Below, piece after piece: positions 1 through 10,661 of a DNA stretch of 24,000 nucleotides. The notes under the pieces are model-generated. The model saw only the letters and a program-made list of their open reading frames with translations, did not search any database and was not told the DNA's origin. Both the position numbers and the translations under genes were made by a program. This stretch comes from Thermodesulfobacteriota bacterium B35 (GTDB taxonomy: Bacteria; Desulfobacterota; Desulfobulbia; Desulfobulbales; Desulfobulbaceae), in contig JBKIWM010000002.1 in NCBI GenBank assembly GCA_046599375.1, positions 503,001-527,000 of the forward strand, given 5' to 3'. The first letter of the stretch is position 1, and every line of letters starts with the position of its first letter.

Positions 1-52
1 GCAGTAACCCCTTTTCAAATATCAAGCAACTGCAAGAAACGGATGCAAGGCA

Positions 53-2527
53 ATGCAGAACAACGACAGGTACGATTTCAAAGCCATTGAGAAAAAATGG
101 CAGCAGCGGTGGGAAGAGGAAAAGCCCAACCGGGTGAGCGAAAAACCGGGCAGGAAGAAGTACTATGTCCTCGAGATGTTCCCCTACCCTTCCGGGCGTA
201 TCCACATGGGCCATGTCCGCAATTACTCCATCGGTGATGTCATTGCCCGCTACAAGCGGATGCGGGGATTCCATGTCATCCACCCCATGGGCTGGGACGC
301 CTTTGGCCTGCCTGCCGAGAACGCTGCCCTCAAACGGGGCATCCATCCCGCCACCTGGACCTATGACAACATCGCCTACATGCGGGACCAGCTCAAGGCC
401 ATGGGACTCAGCTATGACTGGGACCGGGAGATCGCCACCTGCAATCCTGGCTACTACCGCTGGGAGCAGCTTCTGTTCCTGCAGATGCTGAAAAAGGGCC
501 TGGCCTACCGCAAGGAGACCACGGTCAACTGGTGCGATGACTGCCAGACCGTGCTCGCCCGCGAGCAGGTGATTGATGGTGCCTGCTGGCGCTGTGACCA
601 GCCGGTGCAGCCCAGGACCATGCACGGCTGGTTCTTCCGGATCACCGACTATGCCGATGAACTCCTTGATGACCTGGATCAGCTCACCGGCTGGCCCGAA
701 AAGGTGGTCACCATGCAGCGCAACTGGATCGGCAAGAGCCAGGGACTGGCCTGCGATTTCCAGGTGGAGGACAGCGAGCGCAAGGTCACCATCTTCACCA
801 CCCGGCCCGACACCATCTTCGGCGTCACCTTCATGTCCCTGGCCGCCGAACACCCCCTGGTCAGGGAGCTTGTCCGTGGAACGGAACGGGAAGCAGAGGT
901 GGAGGAGTTCGTCCGCCAGACCATGGTGGAGAAACAGCGGGCCTCGGTGGAGGAGGAGCCGGAAAAAAAGGGCGTCTTTACCGGTGCCTGGTGCATCAAC
1001 CCCTTCAATGGCCAACGGGTGCCCATCTATGTGGCCAACTTTGTTCTCATGGAGTACGGCACCGGCGCGGTGATGGCGGTGCCGGCCCATGACCAGCGAG
1101 ATTTCGAGTTCGCCCGTCGCTACGGCCTGCCGGTCAGGCCCGTGGTGCAACCTCCGGAGGCCCCCCTGGACGGCGATACCATGGAGGCGGCCTGGGAAGG
1201 CCCCGGCGTGCTGACCGACTCGGGAACCTTCACCGGCATGGACTCCGAAGAGGCCAAAAAGGCCATCATCCGTCATGCCGAAGAACAGGGATTCGGCAGG
1301 GCGCAGACGACCTACCGGCTGCGGGACTGGGGCATCTCCAGGCAGCGCTACTGGGGCGCCCCCATTCCGGTCATTCACTGCCCGGCCTGCGGCATCGTTC
1401 CGGTGCCGGAAGAGGAGCTGCCCGTGGTGCTGCCCGGCACTGATTCGCCCGACGGCAGCCATGCGCCCCTCCACCGGCAGGAAGCATTCTACCGCACCAC
1501 CTGTCCCGCCTGCGGCGGCGAGGCCAGGCGGGAGACCGACACCATGGATACCTTTGTCGAGTCTTCCTGGTACTTTGCCCGCTACGCCAGTCCGCGGGAC
1601 GAAACAGCGCCCATCAACAGGGAGGCGGCCGCCTACTGGCTGCCCGTGGACCAGTACATCGGCGGAGTGGAACACGCCATCCTCCACCTCCTCTATTCCC
1701 GTTTTTTCACCAAGGTCCTGCGCGATCTCGGTTACCTGGAGATCGACGAGCCTTTCACCAACCTGCTCACCCAGGGCATGGTGATCAAGGACGGCGCCAA
1801 GATGTCCAAATCCAAGGGCAACGTGGTGGACCCCAGCGACCTGATCGAACAGTATGGCGCCGACACGGTGCGGCTTTTCTCCCTGTTCGCCGCTCCGCCC
1901 GAGCGTGACCTGGAATGGAATGCGGCCGGGGTCGACGGCGCCTCCCGCTTCCTGAACAGGGTCCATCGGCTGGTTATGGGCAACCTGGACTGTTTCCAGG
2001 CCGGGGACGTCAGCCCTGCCGACCTGGCTTCCACATCAAAGACGCTGCTTCGCAGGGTCCACCAGACCATTGCCCGGGTCACCGACTCCATTGAATCCAA
2101 CTTCCATTTCAATACCGCCATTTCCGGCATCATGGAGCTGGTCAACGAGGTCGGTACCGCCCTTGCCGGCAAGGAGGCCGTTGACCGGGCCGTTCTGCGC
2201 CAGGCCCTCGAAACCACCCTGCTGCTGCTCTTTCCCATGGTCCCCCACTTCTGCGAGGAGATGTGGGAGGTCAGCGGTCACCGGGAGCAGATCGCCACCG
2301 CATCCTGGCCGGTCCATGACCCGGACGCGGCCCGGGAAGAGGAGCTGACCATCGTGGTCCAGGTCAACGGCAAGGTGCGGGCCCGCCTGCAGGTTCCCGC
2401 GGATATCGATGACCGGAAGCTCGAGCAACTGGCCCTGGCCGACCAGCGGGTTCGCAAATTCACCGGCGGCAAGGCTGCAAAAAAAATCATTGTCGTAAAG
2501 GGGAAACTTGTTAATATTGTTGTCTGA
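53..2527 (+). CDS. leuS: Leucyl-tRNA synthetase
   Basis: 824-aa ORF with HIGH-type motif ([18 protein letters not shown]), [25 protein letters not shown] and C-terminal [11 protein letters not shown]. Confidence 0.99.
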   Translation: MQNNDRYDFKAIEKKWQQRWEEEKPNRVSEKPGRKKYYVLEMFPYPSGRIHMGHVRNYSIGDVIARYKRMRGFHVIHPMGWDAFGLPAENAALKRGIHPATWTYDNIAYMRDQLKAMGLSYDWDREIATCNPGYYRWEQLLFLQMLKKGLAYRKETTVNWCDDCQTVLAREQVIDGACWRCDQPVQPRTMHGWFFRITDYADELLDDLDQLTGWPEKVVTMQRNWIGKSQGLACDFQVEDSERKVTIFTTRPDTIFGVTFMSLAAEHPLVRELVRGTEREAEVEEFVRQTMVEKQRASVEEEPEKKGVFTGAWCINPFNGQRVPIYVANFVLMEYGTGAVMAVPAHDQRDFEFARRYGLPVRPVVQPPEAPLDGDTMEAAWEGPGVLTDSGTFTGMDSEEAKKAIIRHAEEQGFGRAQTTYRLRDWGISRQRYWGAPIPVIHCPACGIVPVPEEELPVVLPGTDSPDGSHAPLHRQEAFYRTTCPACGGEARRETDTMDTFVESSWYFARYASPRDETAPINREAAAYWLPVDQYIGGVEHAILHLLYSRFFTKVLRDLGYLEIDEPFTNLLTQGMVIKDGAKMSKSKGNVVDPSDLIEQYGADTVRLFSLFAAPPERDLEWNAAGVDGASRFLNRVHRLVMGNLDCFQAGDVSPADLASTSKTLLRRVHQTIARVTDSIESNFHFNTAISGIMELVNEVGTALAGKEAVDRAVLRQALETTLLLLFPMVPHFCEEMWEVSGHREQIATASWPVHDPDAAREEELTIVVQVNGKVRARLQVPADIDDRKLEQLALADQRVRKFTGGKAAKKIIVVKGKLVNIVV

Positions 2528-2613
2528 TGGCGAGACCGCCATGCCCTGGAGACAAACAACACTCCTGCCCCCTGTCTCCTGTCCTCTGACTTTCTGACAA
2601 AAGGAGCGTTTCG

Positions 2614-3147
2614 GTGAGAATACTTCCTGTCCGGCTGATCATTCTTCTCTGCCTGGTCGTCCTGCTCGGCGGCTGCGGATACTACTTTCCCCAGGTCTAT
2701 GACGGCCCGACGCGCTACGTTTACATGCCGACCTGGAAGAACAGGACCAACGAACTGGGGCTCGATGCCAGAATCTACCAGTCGCTGGCACGCTGGTTCC
2801 AGAAGTCGGACGCCATCAGGATCACCAAGGACAAAAAGAATGCAGACCTGATCCTGGCCGGGGAGATTCTCTATATCGACCTGCCCAGCGTCTCCTGGAA
2901 CGGTGATGCCCGCAGTACCAGTGTCAAGGTCAAGCTCGGGGTGCGTTACGTGCTCAAAGACCTGAAAAAAGACAAGATCCTCTGGGAGGTTCCCGATGAG
3001 CTCTGGACCGAGGACTACTCGATCCATGACATCGGCACCAATGCCGAAACCAAGGCGCTGGCCCAGATCGTGGACGACCTGTCGGAGCGGATCTACCTGG
3101 GAACACTGGATAAACTGAGAGAGCAGAACAAGCGGGCCACCAAATAG
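2614..3147 (+). CDS. lptE: LPS-assembly lipoprotein LptE-like
   Basis: 177 aa with lipobox (LVVLLGGCGYYF), 'CGYYF' start of mature protein, and position downstream of leuS as is common in proteobacteria. Confidence 0.8.
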   Translation: MRILPVRLIILLCLVVLLGGCGYYFPQVYDGPTRYVYMPTWKNRTNELGLDARIYQSLARWFQKSDAIRITKDKKNADLILAGEILYIDLPSVSWNGDARSTSVKVKLGVRYVLKDLKKDKILWEVPDELWTEDYSIHDIGTNAETKALAQIVDDLSERIYLGTLDKLREQNKRATK

Positions 3148-3191
3148 CACCCAAGCCGGTCGGTAGCGCCGCACCGGAGTTTCCATGAACG

Positions 3192-3229
3192 AAAAAGGGC
3201 GTTGAGACAGATCTCAACGCCCTTTTTTT
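3192..3229. terminator. Bidirectional rho-independent terminator between convergent lptE and transketolase genes
   Basis: AAAAAGGGCGTTGAG-ACAGAT-CTCAACGCCCTTTTT: perfect 15-bp stem ending in T-run on + and A-run on the other side (T-run on -). Confidence 0.95.
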
Positions 3230-3253
3230 GTCCCTGCGGCGGAACAGGACCGT

Positions 3254-5191
3254 TCAGGCAAGCAGCTCCTTCATGGCAGCGGCGATGGAGGCCGCATCCA
3301 GGCCCTGGGCCCGGTAGAGCTCGGCCGGCTTGCCGGAACTGCCGTACCGGCTGACCCCGAGCCGCCGCAGCCTGGCCGCCACGCCGCGATCCATGAGCGC
3401 AGCCGCGGCACTAGCGCCGAGACCGGTCTCCACATGGTGATCCTCCACCGTGAGGAGGGGGCCTTTTGCCGCCGCTTCAACCAGGCTTTCCGTGTCCAGG
3501 GGGATGAGGGAGGCCATGTTGAGCACGCCCACCCGGATGTCCTGCCGGCGCAGCAGGGCCCAGGCCTCGATGCAGGCAGGGGTCAGGGCGCCATAGGTGA
3601 CGATGGTACCGGCATCCCCCCGGCGCAGCCAGTCGGCCCGGCCAGGCTCGAAACGGTAGTCGGTGTCATAGAAGACATTGCCGTCCTCGGTGGTGATCAC
3701 CGGGGTCTTGGAGCGCCCCATACCGACGAAGTGGTTGCCGGGCCGGGTGGCGACGAAACGGACAATACGGTCGGTCTGGTTGGGGTCTGCGGGCATGAAG
3801 ACCGAAAAACGGAACAGGTTCCTGAGCAGGCCCAGGTAGTCGATGCACTGGTGGGTCGGCCCGTCCTCGCCCACATCCAGGCCCACGTGGGTTGCCACGA
3901 TCTTGAGATTGGTATGGTTGAAGTCGCTGAGCCGGTTCTGATTGTAGACCTCGGAGACAGCGAAGACGCCAAAGGTCGAGAAGAAGCTCACCAGCCCTTC
4001 CCTGCTCATGGCGCCGCCCATGCCGGCGGCGTGGTGTTCCTGGATGCCGGCCTCGAAATAGGCATCCGGCGAGTGCTTGTGAAAGCCGCCCATCTTGACC
4101 GAGCCTTCCAGGTCACAGGAGATACCGACGATCAGCGGCGCCTTTCCCCCGACATTGTTGGCCTCGGCCAGACCGAGGAGGGCATTGCCGTAGGCGGAGC
4201 GGTTGTCGGTCATGGTGTCGGCGTCATACAGGATTGGGTCGCCGGGCGCCACCTCGGGATAATTGCTCTGCGGGGCAACGATGGTGCTGGTACGTACCGG
4301 CTCCTTTCTTTTCTCCACCCAGCTTTCGTACTCATTGTCCACGCCCAGTTCGGCCAGGGCCTCGGCCAACTGGTCCGGCTTGAGCGGTGAGCCGTGGTAT
4401 TTTGCCTGGTTCTCCATGAAGGAGATGCCCTTGCCCATGACGGTCCTGGCGATGATCACCGTGGGGACGCCGGAGGTGTTCCGGTAGGCTGCGGCCAGGG
4501 CACGGAAGATGGCGTTATGGTCATGCCCGTCCTCCAGGCGGACCACGTTCCATCCCAGGGCCTCGTAAAGGCGGCCAATGGGCTGGGGCATGACCTTTTC
4601 GGTGTCGCCGCAGATCTGCAGATGGTTGCGGTCCACCAGGACGGTCAGGTTATCCAGCCTGTACTTGTGACCATAGCGGATGGCCTCGGTGATCTGCCCC
4701 TTCTGGTGTTCGCCGTCTCCCATGAGCGTGATCACCCGGGCATCGCTTCCCTTGACCTTGAAGGCCTGGGCCATGCCCACGGCAACGGAAAGGCCCTGCC
4801 CCAGGTTGCCGGTATCCCACTCGACCCCCGGCACGATGGACTCCACATGCCCCGGAAAACCGGATCCGGTGCGCCTGAAGCCGGCGAGGAAATCCTCTTC
4901 ACTGAAATAGCCATATTCGGCGAGCACGGAATAGACACCCGGAGAGATATGTCCTATACTCTCCACCACCCGGTCACGATCCTCCATGTGGGGGTTGGCC
5001 GGGTCATGCCTGATCATGCCGTAGGTGACGAGCAGCATGTCGAGAGAGGACAGCGACCCGCCCGGATGGCCGGATGCCGCCAGGGTGGTCGACAGCAGGA
5101 TCCGCCGCGCGCACCGGCGGCGCATCTCCTGCAGGGTGGAGAGCTCTCCGCTGTTCAGTTCTTCCGCGTTGATATCTAGTTTGAACGTCAT
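3254..5191 (-). CDS. tkt: Transketolase (single-chain)
   Basis: 645 aa; N-terminal AASGHPGGSLSSLDML, VVESIGHISPGVYS, TPP motif MGDGEHQKGQITEA, PYR domain EAGIQEHHAAGMGGAMSREG, C-terminal transketolase domain. Confidence 0.9.
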   Translation of the reverse strand: MTFKLDINAEELNSGELSTLQEMRRRCARRILLSTTLAASGHPGGSLSSLDMLLVTYGMIRHDPANPHMEDRDRVVESIGHISPGVYSVLAEYGYFSEEDFLAGFRRTGSGFPGHVESIVPGVEWDTGNLGQGLSVAVGMAQAFKVKGSDARVITLMGDGEHQKGQITEAIRYGHKYRLDNLTVLVDRNHLQICGDTEKVMPQPIGRLYEALGWNVVRLEDGHDHNAIFRALAAAYRNTSGVPTVIIARTVMGKGISFMENQAKYHGSPLKPDQLAEALAELGVDNEYESWVEKRKEPVRTSTIVAPQSNYPEVAPGDPILYDADTMTDNRSAYGNALLGLAEANNVGGKAPLIVGISCDLEGSVKMGGFHKHSPDAYFEAGIQEHHAAGMGGAMSREGLVSFFSTFGVFAVSEVYNQNRLSDFNHTNLKIVATHVGLDVGEDGPTHQCIDYLGLLRNLFRFSVFMPADPNQTDRIVRFVATRPGNHFVGMGRSKTPVITTEDGNVFYDTDYRFEPGRADWLRRGDAGTIVTYGALTPACIEAWALLRRQDIRVGVLNMASLIPLDTESLVEAAAKGPLLTVEDHHVETGLGASAAAALMDRGVAARLRRLGVSRYGSSGKPAELYRAQGLDAASIAAAMKELLA

Positions 5192-5285
5192 TTGTCTACT
5201 CCGTTTTTCAGAAGCCGGAAGGCCGGAAATCAGATAACAGTTCCGCAGTGGTCTGCCGCCGCAGCCTGTGCTGCGTTATGTATTA

Positions 5286-5310
5286 GTTCACCGCGATGAG
5301 CAACTACCTG
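5286..5310 (+). repeat. Copy of dispersed motif
   Basis: GTTCACCGCGATGAGCAACTACCTG. Confidence 0.6.
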
Positions 5311-5330
5311 AAAAAGAGCGATACTTTTGG

Positions 5331-5437
5331 TAAAAGTTCAGCAGTGCGTCAGCTGTGCGTGATCGCGGCTGGCCGCTATAGTCCGCGCTATGCGGCCAGC
5401 CGCGAGCGCGTGCAGATGGCGTGCTGCTGAATTTTTA
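5331..5437 (+). repeat. Long imperfect palindrome / candidate leader hairpin upstream of dus
   Basis: Arms 5331-5381 and 5388-5437, loop TCCGCG. Contains tip CCGCTATAG..CTATGCGG. Nearly all arm discrepancies are G-U compatible in the + strand RNA. Confidence 0.8.
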
Positions 5438-5515
5438 CTGCGTTATAATACACTGATGCAGAATGACAACAGGAAAAATCACCACCGTCCCTCATGGGCA
5501 ACATCAGCGAGAACG

Positions 5516-6457
5516 ATGAAAATAGGACAGGTTACAGTGGATGGCACCCTGTTACTGGCTCCCCTGGCCGGATACACGGACCTCCCCTTCCGGCTCCTCT
5601 GCCGCGAACATGGGGCTGCGCTCTGCTTTTCGGAGATGGTCAGTTGCCATGGCCTCTGCTTTGGCCAGGGCAAGACCCTGGAGCTGCTGCGCAGCCATGA
5701 ACGGGACCATCCCCTGGCGGTCCAGCTTTTCGGAAGTGATATCGAGGTGATGGGGAGGGCAGCGGGCCTGGTGGATCCCGATGCCGCGGCGTTGATTGAC
5801 ATCAACATGGGCTGCCCGGTGCGCAAGGTGGTGCGCAAGGGGGCCGGCGCCGCTCTGATGAAGAACCCGGAGCGGGCGCGGGCCATCATCAGGGTCGTGT
5901 GTGACAACACCAGCCTGCCGGTGACGGTCAAGATCCGCAGCGGCTGGTCCGGCGAGACCATCACGGCGCCGGAGTTCGCGCAGATGGCGGAGGAGGCTGG
6001 TGCCGCCGCGGTGACGGTACATGCGCGCACCTGGGCCCAGGGATTTGGCGGCCGGGCGGACTGGGATGTCATTGCCAGGGTGCGGCAGGCGGTCACCATC
6101 CCGGTTGTCGGCAACGGCGATGTCCTCTGCCAGGAGGATGGTGAGCGGATGATGGCGGCAACCGGTTGTGACGCTGTCATGATCGGCCGCGGTGCCCTGG
6201 GAAATCCCTGGGCGTTTTGTCGGGCCGGCCGGCCGGAAACCCTGGCCGGCCGGCTGCCCGCCCTGCGCCGCCACCTGGAGCTGGCCCGGCGCCACCTGCC
6301 CGGGCGGCAGGCGCCCTTCAGGATGAAGAACCACGCCGTCCGTTACCTGACCGGCCTGCCCTCTGCCGGCACTATCCGGCAGAGGATCATGGCCTGCGCC
6401 ACACTGGAGGAACTCGACGAGCTTGTGCAGGCTCTGGAGACAGGCTCGATTGTGTAA
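5516..6457 (+). CDS. tRNA-dihydrouridine synthase family protein (DusB-like)
   Basis: MKIGQVTVDGTLLLAPLAGYTDLPFRLLCREHGAALCFSEMVS, DINMGCPVRKVVRKGAGAALMKNPE, VHARTWAQGFGGRADWDVI, GNGDV, MIGRGALGNPW. The ORF-track start at 5390 lies inside the palindrome; the internal ATG at 5516 is preferred. Confidence 0.92.
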   Translation: MKIGQVTVDGTLLLAPLAGYTDLPFRLLCREHGAALCFSEMVSCHGLCFGQGKTLELLRSHERDHPLAVQLFGSDIEVMGRAAGLVDPDAAALIDINMGCPVRKVVRKGAGAALMKNPERARAIIRVVCDNTSLPVTVKIRSGWSGETITAPEFAQMAEEAGAAAVTVHARTWAQGFGGRADWDVIARVRQAVTIPVVGNGDVLCQEDGERMMAATGCDAVMIGRGALGNPWAFCRAGRPETLAGRLPALRRHLELARRHLPGRQAPFRMKNHAVRYLTGLPSAGTIRQRIMACATLEELDELVQALETGSIV

Positions 6458-6459
6458 TT

Positions 6460-6481
6460 GTTCACCGCTGACGGCAACTAC
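6460..6481 (+). repeat. Copy of dispersed motif
   Basis: GTTCACCGCTGACGGCAACTAC. Confidence 0.55.
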
Positions 6482-6524
6482 GGCCTGCTGCTGAACCGGT
6501 GCAGCGTCCCGCTGTCGCCGCACA

Positions 6525-8122
6525 TCAGAGCTGGAGGAGCAGCAGGTTGATCAGGCCGATCAGGAACCCCAGGAGGGCACCGAACAGATTGATGTAGCGG
6601 AACTGTTCTTCCATGATGGAGAGCAGGAGCCGCTCAAGCTGGAGCAGGTCGAGAGAATTGACCTTGTCGGCGACCACCTGCCGGATATTGAGGGATTCCA
6701 CCAGGCCGGGCACCTCCTTGAGCAGCATCCGGTTGGCGGTGAGAACGATGTAATCGGTGATGCCCGTGCGGATTCCCGCCGGCATGAGCCGGTGGAGCAC
6801 GCCCACCGGACGGTTGACCAGGGAGTCCACCATGGTATTGACCATCCGGTCCAGGAGACGGACCACCTTGCGGGAGCGGATCAGGGCCACAGCCTCGCTG
6901 GTGATGAAGTCGTGGAGCCGGTGGCCGTCCCGGCCGGGAAAGAGTTGCGCGGCAATGTCGGCCAGCTCCCGTTCCCCGTGGTCGAGCATCTCCTCCATGC
7001 TGTTGCGGATCATGGTGGAAAGGGTCTCGGCAACACCCCGGGAGCGCAGGACGCCGAGGATCTGTATCGCCGCCTGCCGGCAGATCATCCGGTACTGGTC
7101 GTCGTCCACCCTGGCCCGGAACCGGGCCAGGGGTGTATGGAGGAAGCGCTCGGCCTGTTCGACCAGGACCACGGCCAGCCGTTCCTGGAGCTCGGGTTCC
7201 TGCAGCCAGCCGATGATCTCGTCTTCCTTGTCGAGCAGATAGTCACGGATCCTGGCCTCCATGGTCTCCATATCCAGAAAACCGCGGGCCATGGCCCCCA
7301 CCGGACCGAGGCTGTCCAGAAAATGATTGACCCCGTCCCGGACCGCGTGGATGATCCGTTCCCGCACCGCCGGCTCGGAGAGCATGGCCGAGAGCTTTTT
7401 CAGGATGCGCGGCGACTGCTGCTCGATGGAGGCGATGATGAACTCGATGAAGGGTTCCGGCAGATGATCGGCCAGGGTACGGCCCTCCTGCGCCGCCTGA
7501 TCGAAACGTCTGGCCAGATAGGCGGTGAGCCATTTTTCGGCACCCGGACCATGGAGCAGATCCATGATCAGCCGGTCGATGAAGCTGTAGACCTCCTGCC
7601 GGTCCTCCACAGAGACCAAATCGTTGAGCCGGTGATGGCCCATGCTCCCGAGCTGGTCCGTGACCAGGGCCGATACGGCCTGCTCAAAGTCTCTGCTGGC
7701 AATATAGCGATGCACCCCTTCCCGCAGCCGGTACTTGACCGTCCGTACCCCGATCTTGAAATAGGCCTGGAAACGACGCGGCAGCATGGTGATCACCGGG
7801 CCGTAGTCCCGGCTCAGGATCTCCCGCACCCGGGTATCGACGATCCCGTGGAGGTGTTCCTGGAATGGCTCCTCGGACAGGGCCGCGCCGATATCCCGGG
7901 AAGTCAGGAGGTGGCTGCCCACCATCTCGCCGATGTTCTCTGCCAGCAGCGCGCGCCTGGACGGGATGACCCCGGGGTCATGGGAACACGGACACCGAAG
8001 ACGTGCCACGGCCTGAGCGGCCGGAAGAGCATGCGGATGGCGATCTTGTTGGTCAGGTAGCCGATAAAGGCGCCGATGACCGGCGGACCGCCGTAGGCGA
8101 GGAGTGTGCTGACTGGGATCAT
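6525..8122 (-). pseudogene. DUF445 family membrane protein, reading frame interrupted by apparent 1-nt frameshift (may be sequencing/assembly error)
   Basis: N-terminus in one frame (8122 down: [51 protein letters not shown]), remainder in another frame ([22 protein letters not shown]... to stop at 6525). Junction at CCCCGGGG 7970-7977. Confidence 0.75.
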
Positions 8123-8201
8123 TGTGGTCGGACAAAGCGATGGTTAGCCATCCCGTGAGGGGGTACGTTCCAGCGGCAAGTACCTGCAACCAGCGGCACT
8201 C

Positions 8202-8876
8202 TTACCAGGCGGTTGCGCCGCCGGCCCGGACCAGTTGCAGAACATCTTCCGGCCTGTCGGCCACGACGCGGGCACCGCTGCGTTCAAGCTCCTCCCTGTC
8301 CCTGAAACCCCACAGGGCGCCGACGGCAAACATCCCGGCCCGGACCGCGGTCTCTATGTCGGTGGCCGTATCGCCCAGGTAGAGGATTTCCGCCGGCGGG
8401 AACCCGAGGATGGCTGCGATCTCGAGGGCCGCGGCAGGATCGGGTTTGCCCGGAACCCCGGGCCGCTGGCCGAAGACTGGTTCGAACGGGTAACCGGGCA
8501 GCAAATCGCGTACGCAGGCCAGGGTGAATTCATGGGGTTTGTTGGACAGAATGGACAGGCGCAGACCTGCCCCGGCCAGGCCCTCGAGCATGGCCGCAAT
8601 GCCGTCATACATCCCGGACCGGTTCTTCCAGTTACGGCCATAATCGTCGCGAAAGGCCTCCACGGCACGGGCCACCGTGACCTGATCACGGCTCTGCGAC
8701 GGCAGGATCCGCTCGATCAGCCGCACCAGGCCCTCGCCGACAAAGTATCGGTAGCTGTCCCGCGGATGTTCCGGCAGCCCCAGGGAGCGAAGGACCCGAT
8801 TGCCCGAGTCTGCCAGGTCGTCCAGGGTGTCGAGCAGGGTTCCGTCGAGGTCGAATATGGCGGCCTGAAAATGCAT
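8202..8876 (-). CDS. HAD-superfamily hydrolase, phosphoglycolate phosphatase-like
   Basis: MHFQAAIFDLDGTLLDTLDDLADSGNRVL, LSILSNKPHEFT, GKPDPAAAL, ILYLGDTATDIETAVRAGM. Confidence 0.9.
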   Translation of the reverse strand: MHFQAAIFDLDGTLLDTLDDLADSGNRVLRSLGLPEHPRDSYRYFVGEGLVRLIERILPSQSRDQVTVARAVEAFRDDYGRNWKNRSGMYDGIAAMLEGLAGAGLRLSILSNKPHEFTLACVRDLLPGYPFEPVFGQRPGVPGKPDPAAALEIAAILGFPPAEILYLGDTATDIETAVRAGMFAVGALWGFRDREELERSGARVVADRPEDVLQLVRAGGATAW

Positions 8877-9044
8877 GGACGCTCCCGGTGATGTGTCAAA
8901 TTCGAAGGTTGGCGGTAAAAGATCACGACAGGTGGCACAAAAGGTAAGGCACAAGGCGACACTCGTCCAGTGAAAACATGGCTTACACGGAAAAAAGAGC
9001 TCTGAGAGGAGCAGAATTTCCCTTATTTGCCTTCAGGTCACCGT

Positions 9045-9073
9045 TTGACTTGGAGACAGGCTGTTTTTGATAT
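9045..9073 (+). promoter_or_regulatory. Candidate sigma70-type promoter upstream of CooC-like/ftsEX cluster
   Basis: TTGACT - 17 nt - TGATAT, about 50 nt before the ATG at 9125. Confidence 0.35.
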
Positions 9074-9124
9074 ATATTTCCCTGGTTCCTCAACCTTCAT
9101 TCATCACATCCGGGATAGTGCATC

Positions 9125-9883
9125 ATGACCAAAGTAATCGCCATGGCCGGCAAGGGCGGCACCGGCAAGACCACCCTCTCCGCCCTGCTCATCAGATACC
9201 TGACGACCCGGGGCATGACCCCGGTCCTGGCCGTCGATGCCGACGCCAACGCCAATCTCAACGAACTCCTCGATCTCGATGTCCATACCACCCTCGGCGA
9301 GATCCGCCGGCAGATCAAGGGAGAGATCCCGCCGGGCATGACCCGTGACCAGTTCATGGAGATGAAGATCCATCAGGCCCTGGTGGAGGAGTCGGGCTTT
9401 GACCTGATGGTCATGGGCCAGCCCGACGGACCGGGCTGCTACTGCGCCGCCAACCAGTACCTGGCCATGACCATGGACAAACTGGCGGAAAACTACCGGT
9501 TCATCATCGTTGACAACGAGGCCGGCATGGAGCACCTGAGCAGGATGAACCTGCGCTCCATCGACCACCTGCTCATCGTCTCCGATCCCTCGGCCCGGGG
9601 CATCCTCACGGCGCGCCGCATCGCCGACATCACCGGCCCGCTGCAGCTCGAGGTCAGAAAGCGCTGGCTGATCGTCAACCGTGCGCCCGACCCCGTCCCC
9701 CCGGCCCTGCAGGAGAAGATCGATGCCGCGGTGCGCGAGGCCGACCTGCCCCTGGCCGGTATCATCCCGGCCAGTGACGAACTGGTCAACCAGGAACTGC
9801 GGGGTGAATCCTATCTCCGCCTGCCGGAGGAAAGCCCGGTGGTCCGGCAGTCCACGGCCATCTTTGACACCATCTTTGCCTGA
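9125..9883 (+). CDS. CooC-like P-loop ATPase (Ni/CODH accessory-type, MinD superfamily)
   Basis: Deviant Walker A GKGGTGKTTLSALLIRYL, DADANANLNELL, CXC metal motif in GQPDGPGCYCAANQYL, VDNEAGMEHLSR. Confidence 0.85.
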   Translation: MTKVIAMAGKGGTGKTTLSALLIRYLTTRGMTPVLAVDADANANLNELLDLDVHTTLGEIRRQIKGEIPPGMTRDQFMEMKIHQALVEESGFDLMVMGQPDGPGCYCAANQYLAMTMDKLAENYRFIIVDNEAGMEHLSRMNLRSIDHLLIVSDPSARGILTARRIADITGPLQLEVRKRWLIVNRAPDPVPPALQEKIDAAVREADLPLAGIIPASDELVNQELRGESYLRLPEESPVVRQSTAIFDTIFA

Positions 9884-9920
9884 GCAATCTCCCGTCTTCA
9901 CTTCAGCAGGAAACCATGCG

Positions 9921-10661
9921 ATGACAGCAAACAGCCCCCGGGTCATGGTGGAGCTGATCAAGGTCAGCAAGACCTATCCGCCCAGTGTCCACGCCCTGCA
10001 GGATGTCTCTTTAAGTGTGCGCAGCGGCGAGATGCTTTTTCTCACCGGCAAAAGCGGCGCCGGCAAAACCACCCTCCTGCGGCTGCTCTGCCGGAGCGAG
10101 GTCCCGGACAAGGGACTGGTGGAGGTGGCCGGCCAGGACCTGGAGCGGATCTCCGGCAGCGGTCTGCAGCAGCTCAGGCGCAGGATCGGCATGGCCTACC
10201 AGGACTTCCGGCTGCTGCCCCGCCATACTGTGGCGCAAAATATCGCCCTGGCCATGGAGGTGGCCTACAGGAAACCATCCTTTATCCGCAAACGGACCAG
10301 GGAACTGCTGGAAAGACTGCGCCTGTCCGACAAGTACCACACGCCAGCCGGCGAGCTATCGCGTGGCGAACAGCAGCGCATCGCCATTGCCCGCGCCCTG
10401 GCCAACAGACCGGACCTGGTCCTGGCCGACGAGCCCACCGGCAACCTGGACCGGGAGACCAGCACCCTGGTGATGGAACTCTTTCGTGAGCATGAGGAGC
10501 AGGGCGCCACTCTCATCATTGCCACCCACGACCGGGAGCTCTTTGATGATGGTGGCCACAGGGTGGTCGAACTGTGGGACGGACGACTGCTGGCACCGGA
10601 GGACGGGGAGGACACAGGCTCCGGGGATGCATCTCTGCAGAGCGAGGAGGCAGACCAGTGA
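9921..10661 (+). CDS. ftsE: Cell division ATP-binding protein FtsE
   Basis: Walker [15 protein letters not shown], signature [15 protein letters not shown], Walker [17 protein letters not shown]; directly followed by ftsX. Start chosen at internal ATG 9921 (ORF-track start at 9681 overlaps upstream gene). Confidence 0.92.
   Translation: MTANSPRVMVELIKVSKTYPPSVHALQDVSLSVRSGEMLFLTGKSGAGKTTLLRLLCRSEVPDKGLVEVAGQDLERISGSGLQQLRRRIGMAYQDFRLLPRHTVAQNIALAMEVAYRKPSFIRKRTRELLERLRLSDKYHTPAGELSRGEQQRIAIARALANRPDLVLADEPTGNLDRETSTLVMELFREHEEQGATLIIATHDRELFDDGGHRVVELWDGRLLAPEDGEDTGSGDASLQSEEADQ

Noticed and set aside
3434-5179. Two long + strand ORFs (318 aa and 261 aa)
   Set aside because: Complementary to transketolase codons; no independent motifs.
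5390-5515. N-terminal extension of the dus ORF in the track
   Set aside because: It begins inside the long palindrome and has no Dus-family sequence before MKIGQVTVDG.
6792-8060. 422-aa + strand ORF
   Set aside because: Antisense to the DUF445-like gene, His/Gly/Pro-rich shadow translation.
8165-8190. Possible further copy of the dispersed motif (CAGCGGCAAGTACCTGCAACC)
   Set aside because: Only partial similarity; lacks the GTTCACCGC core.
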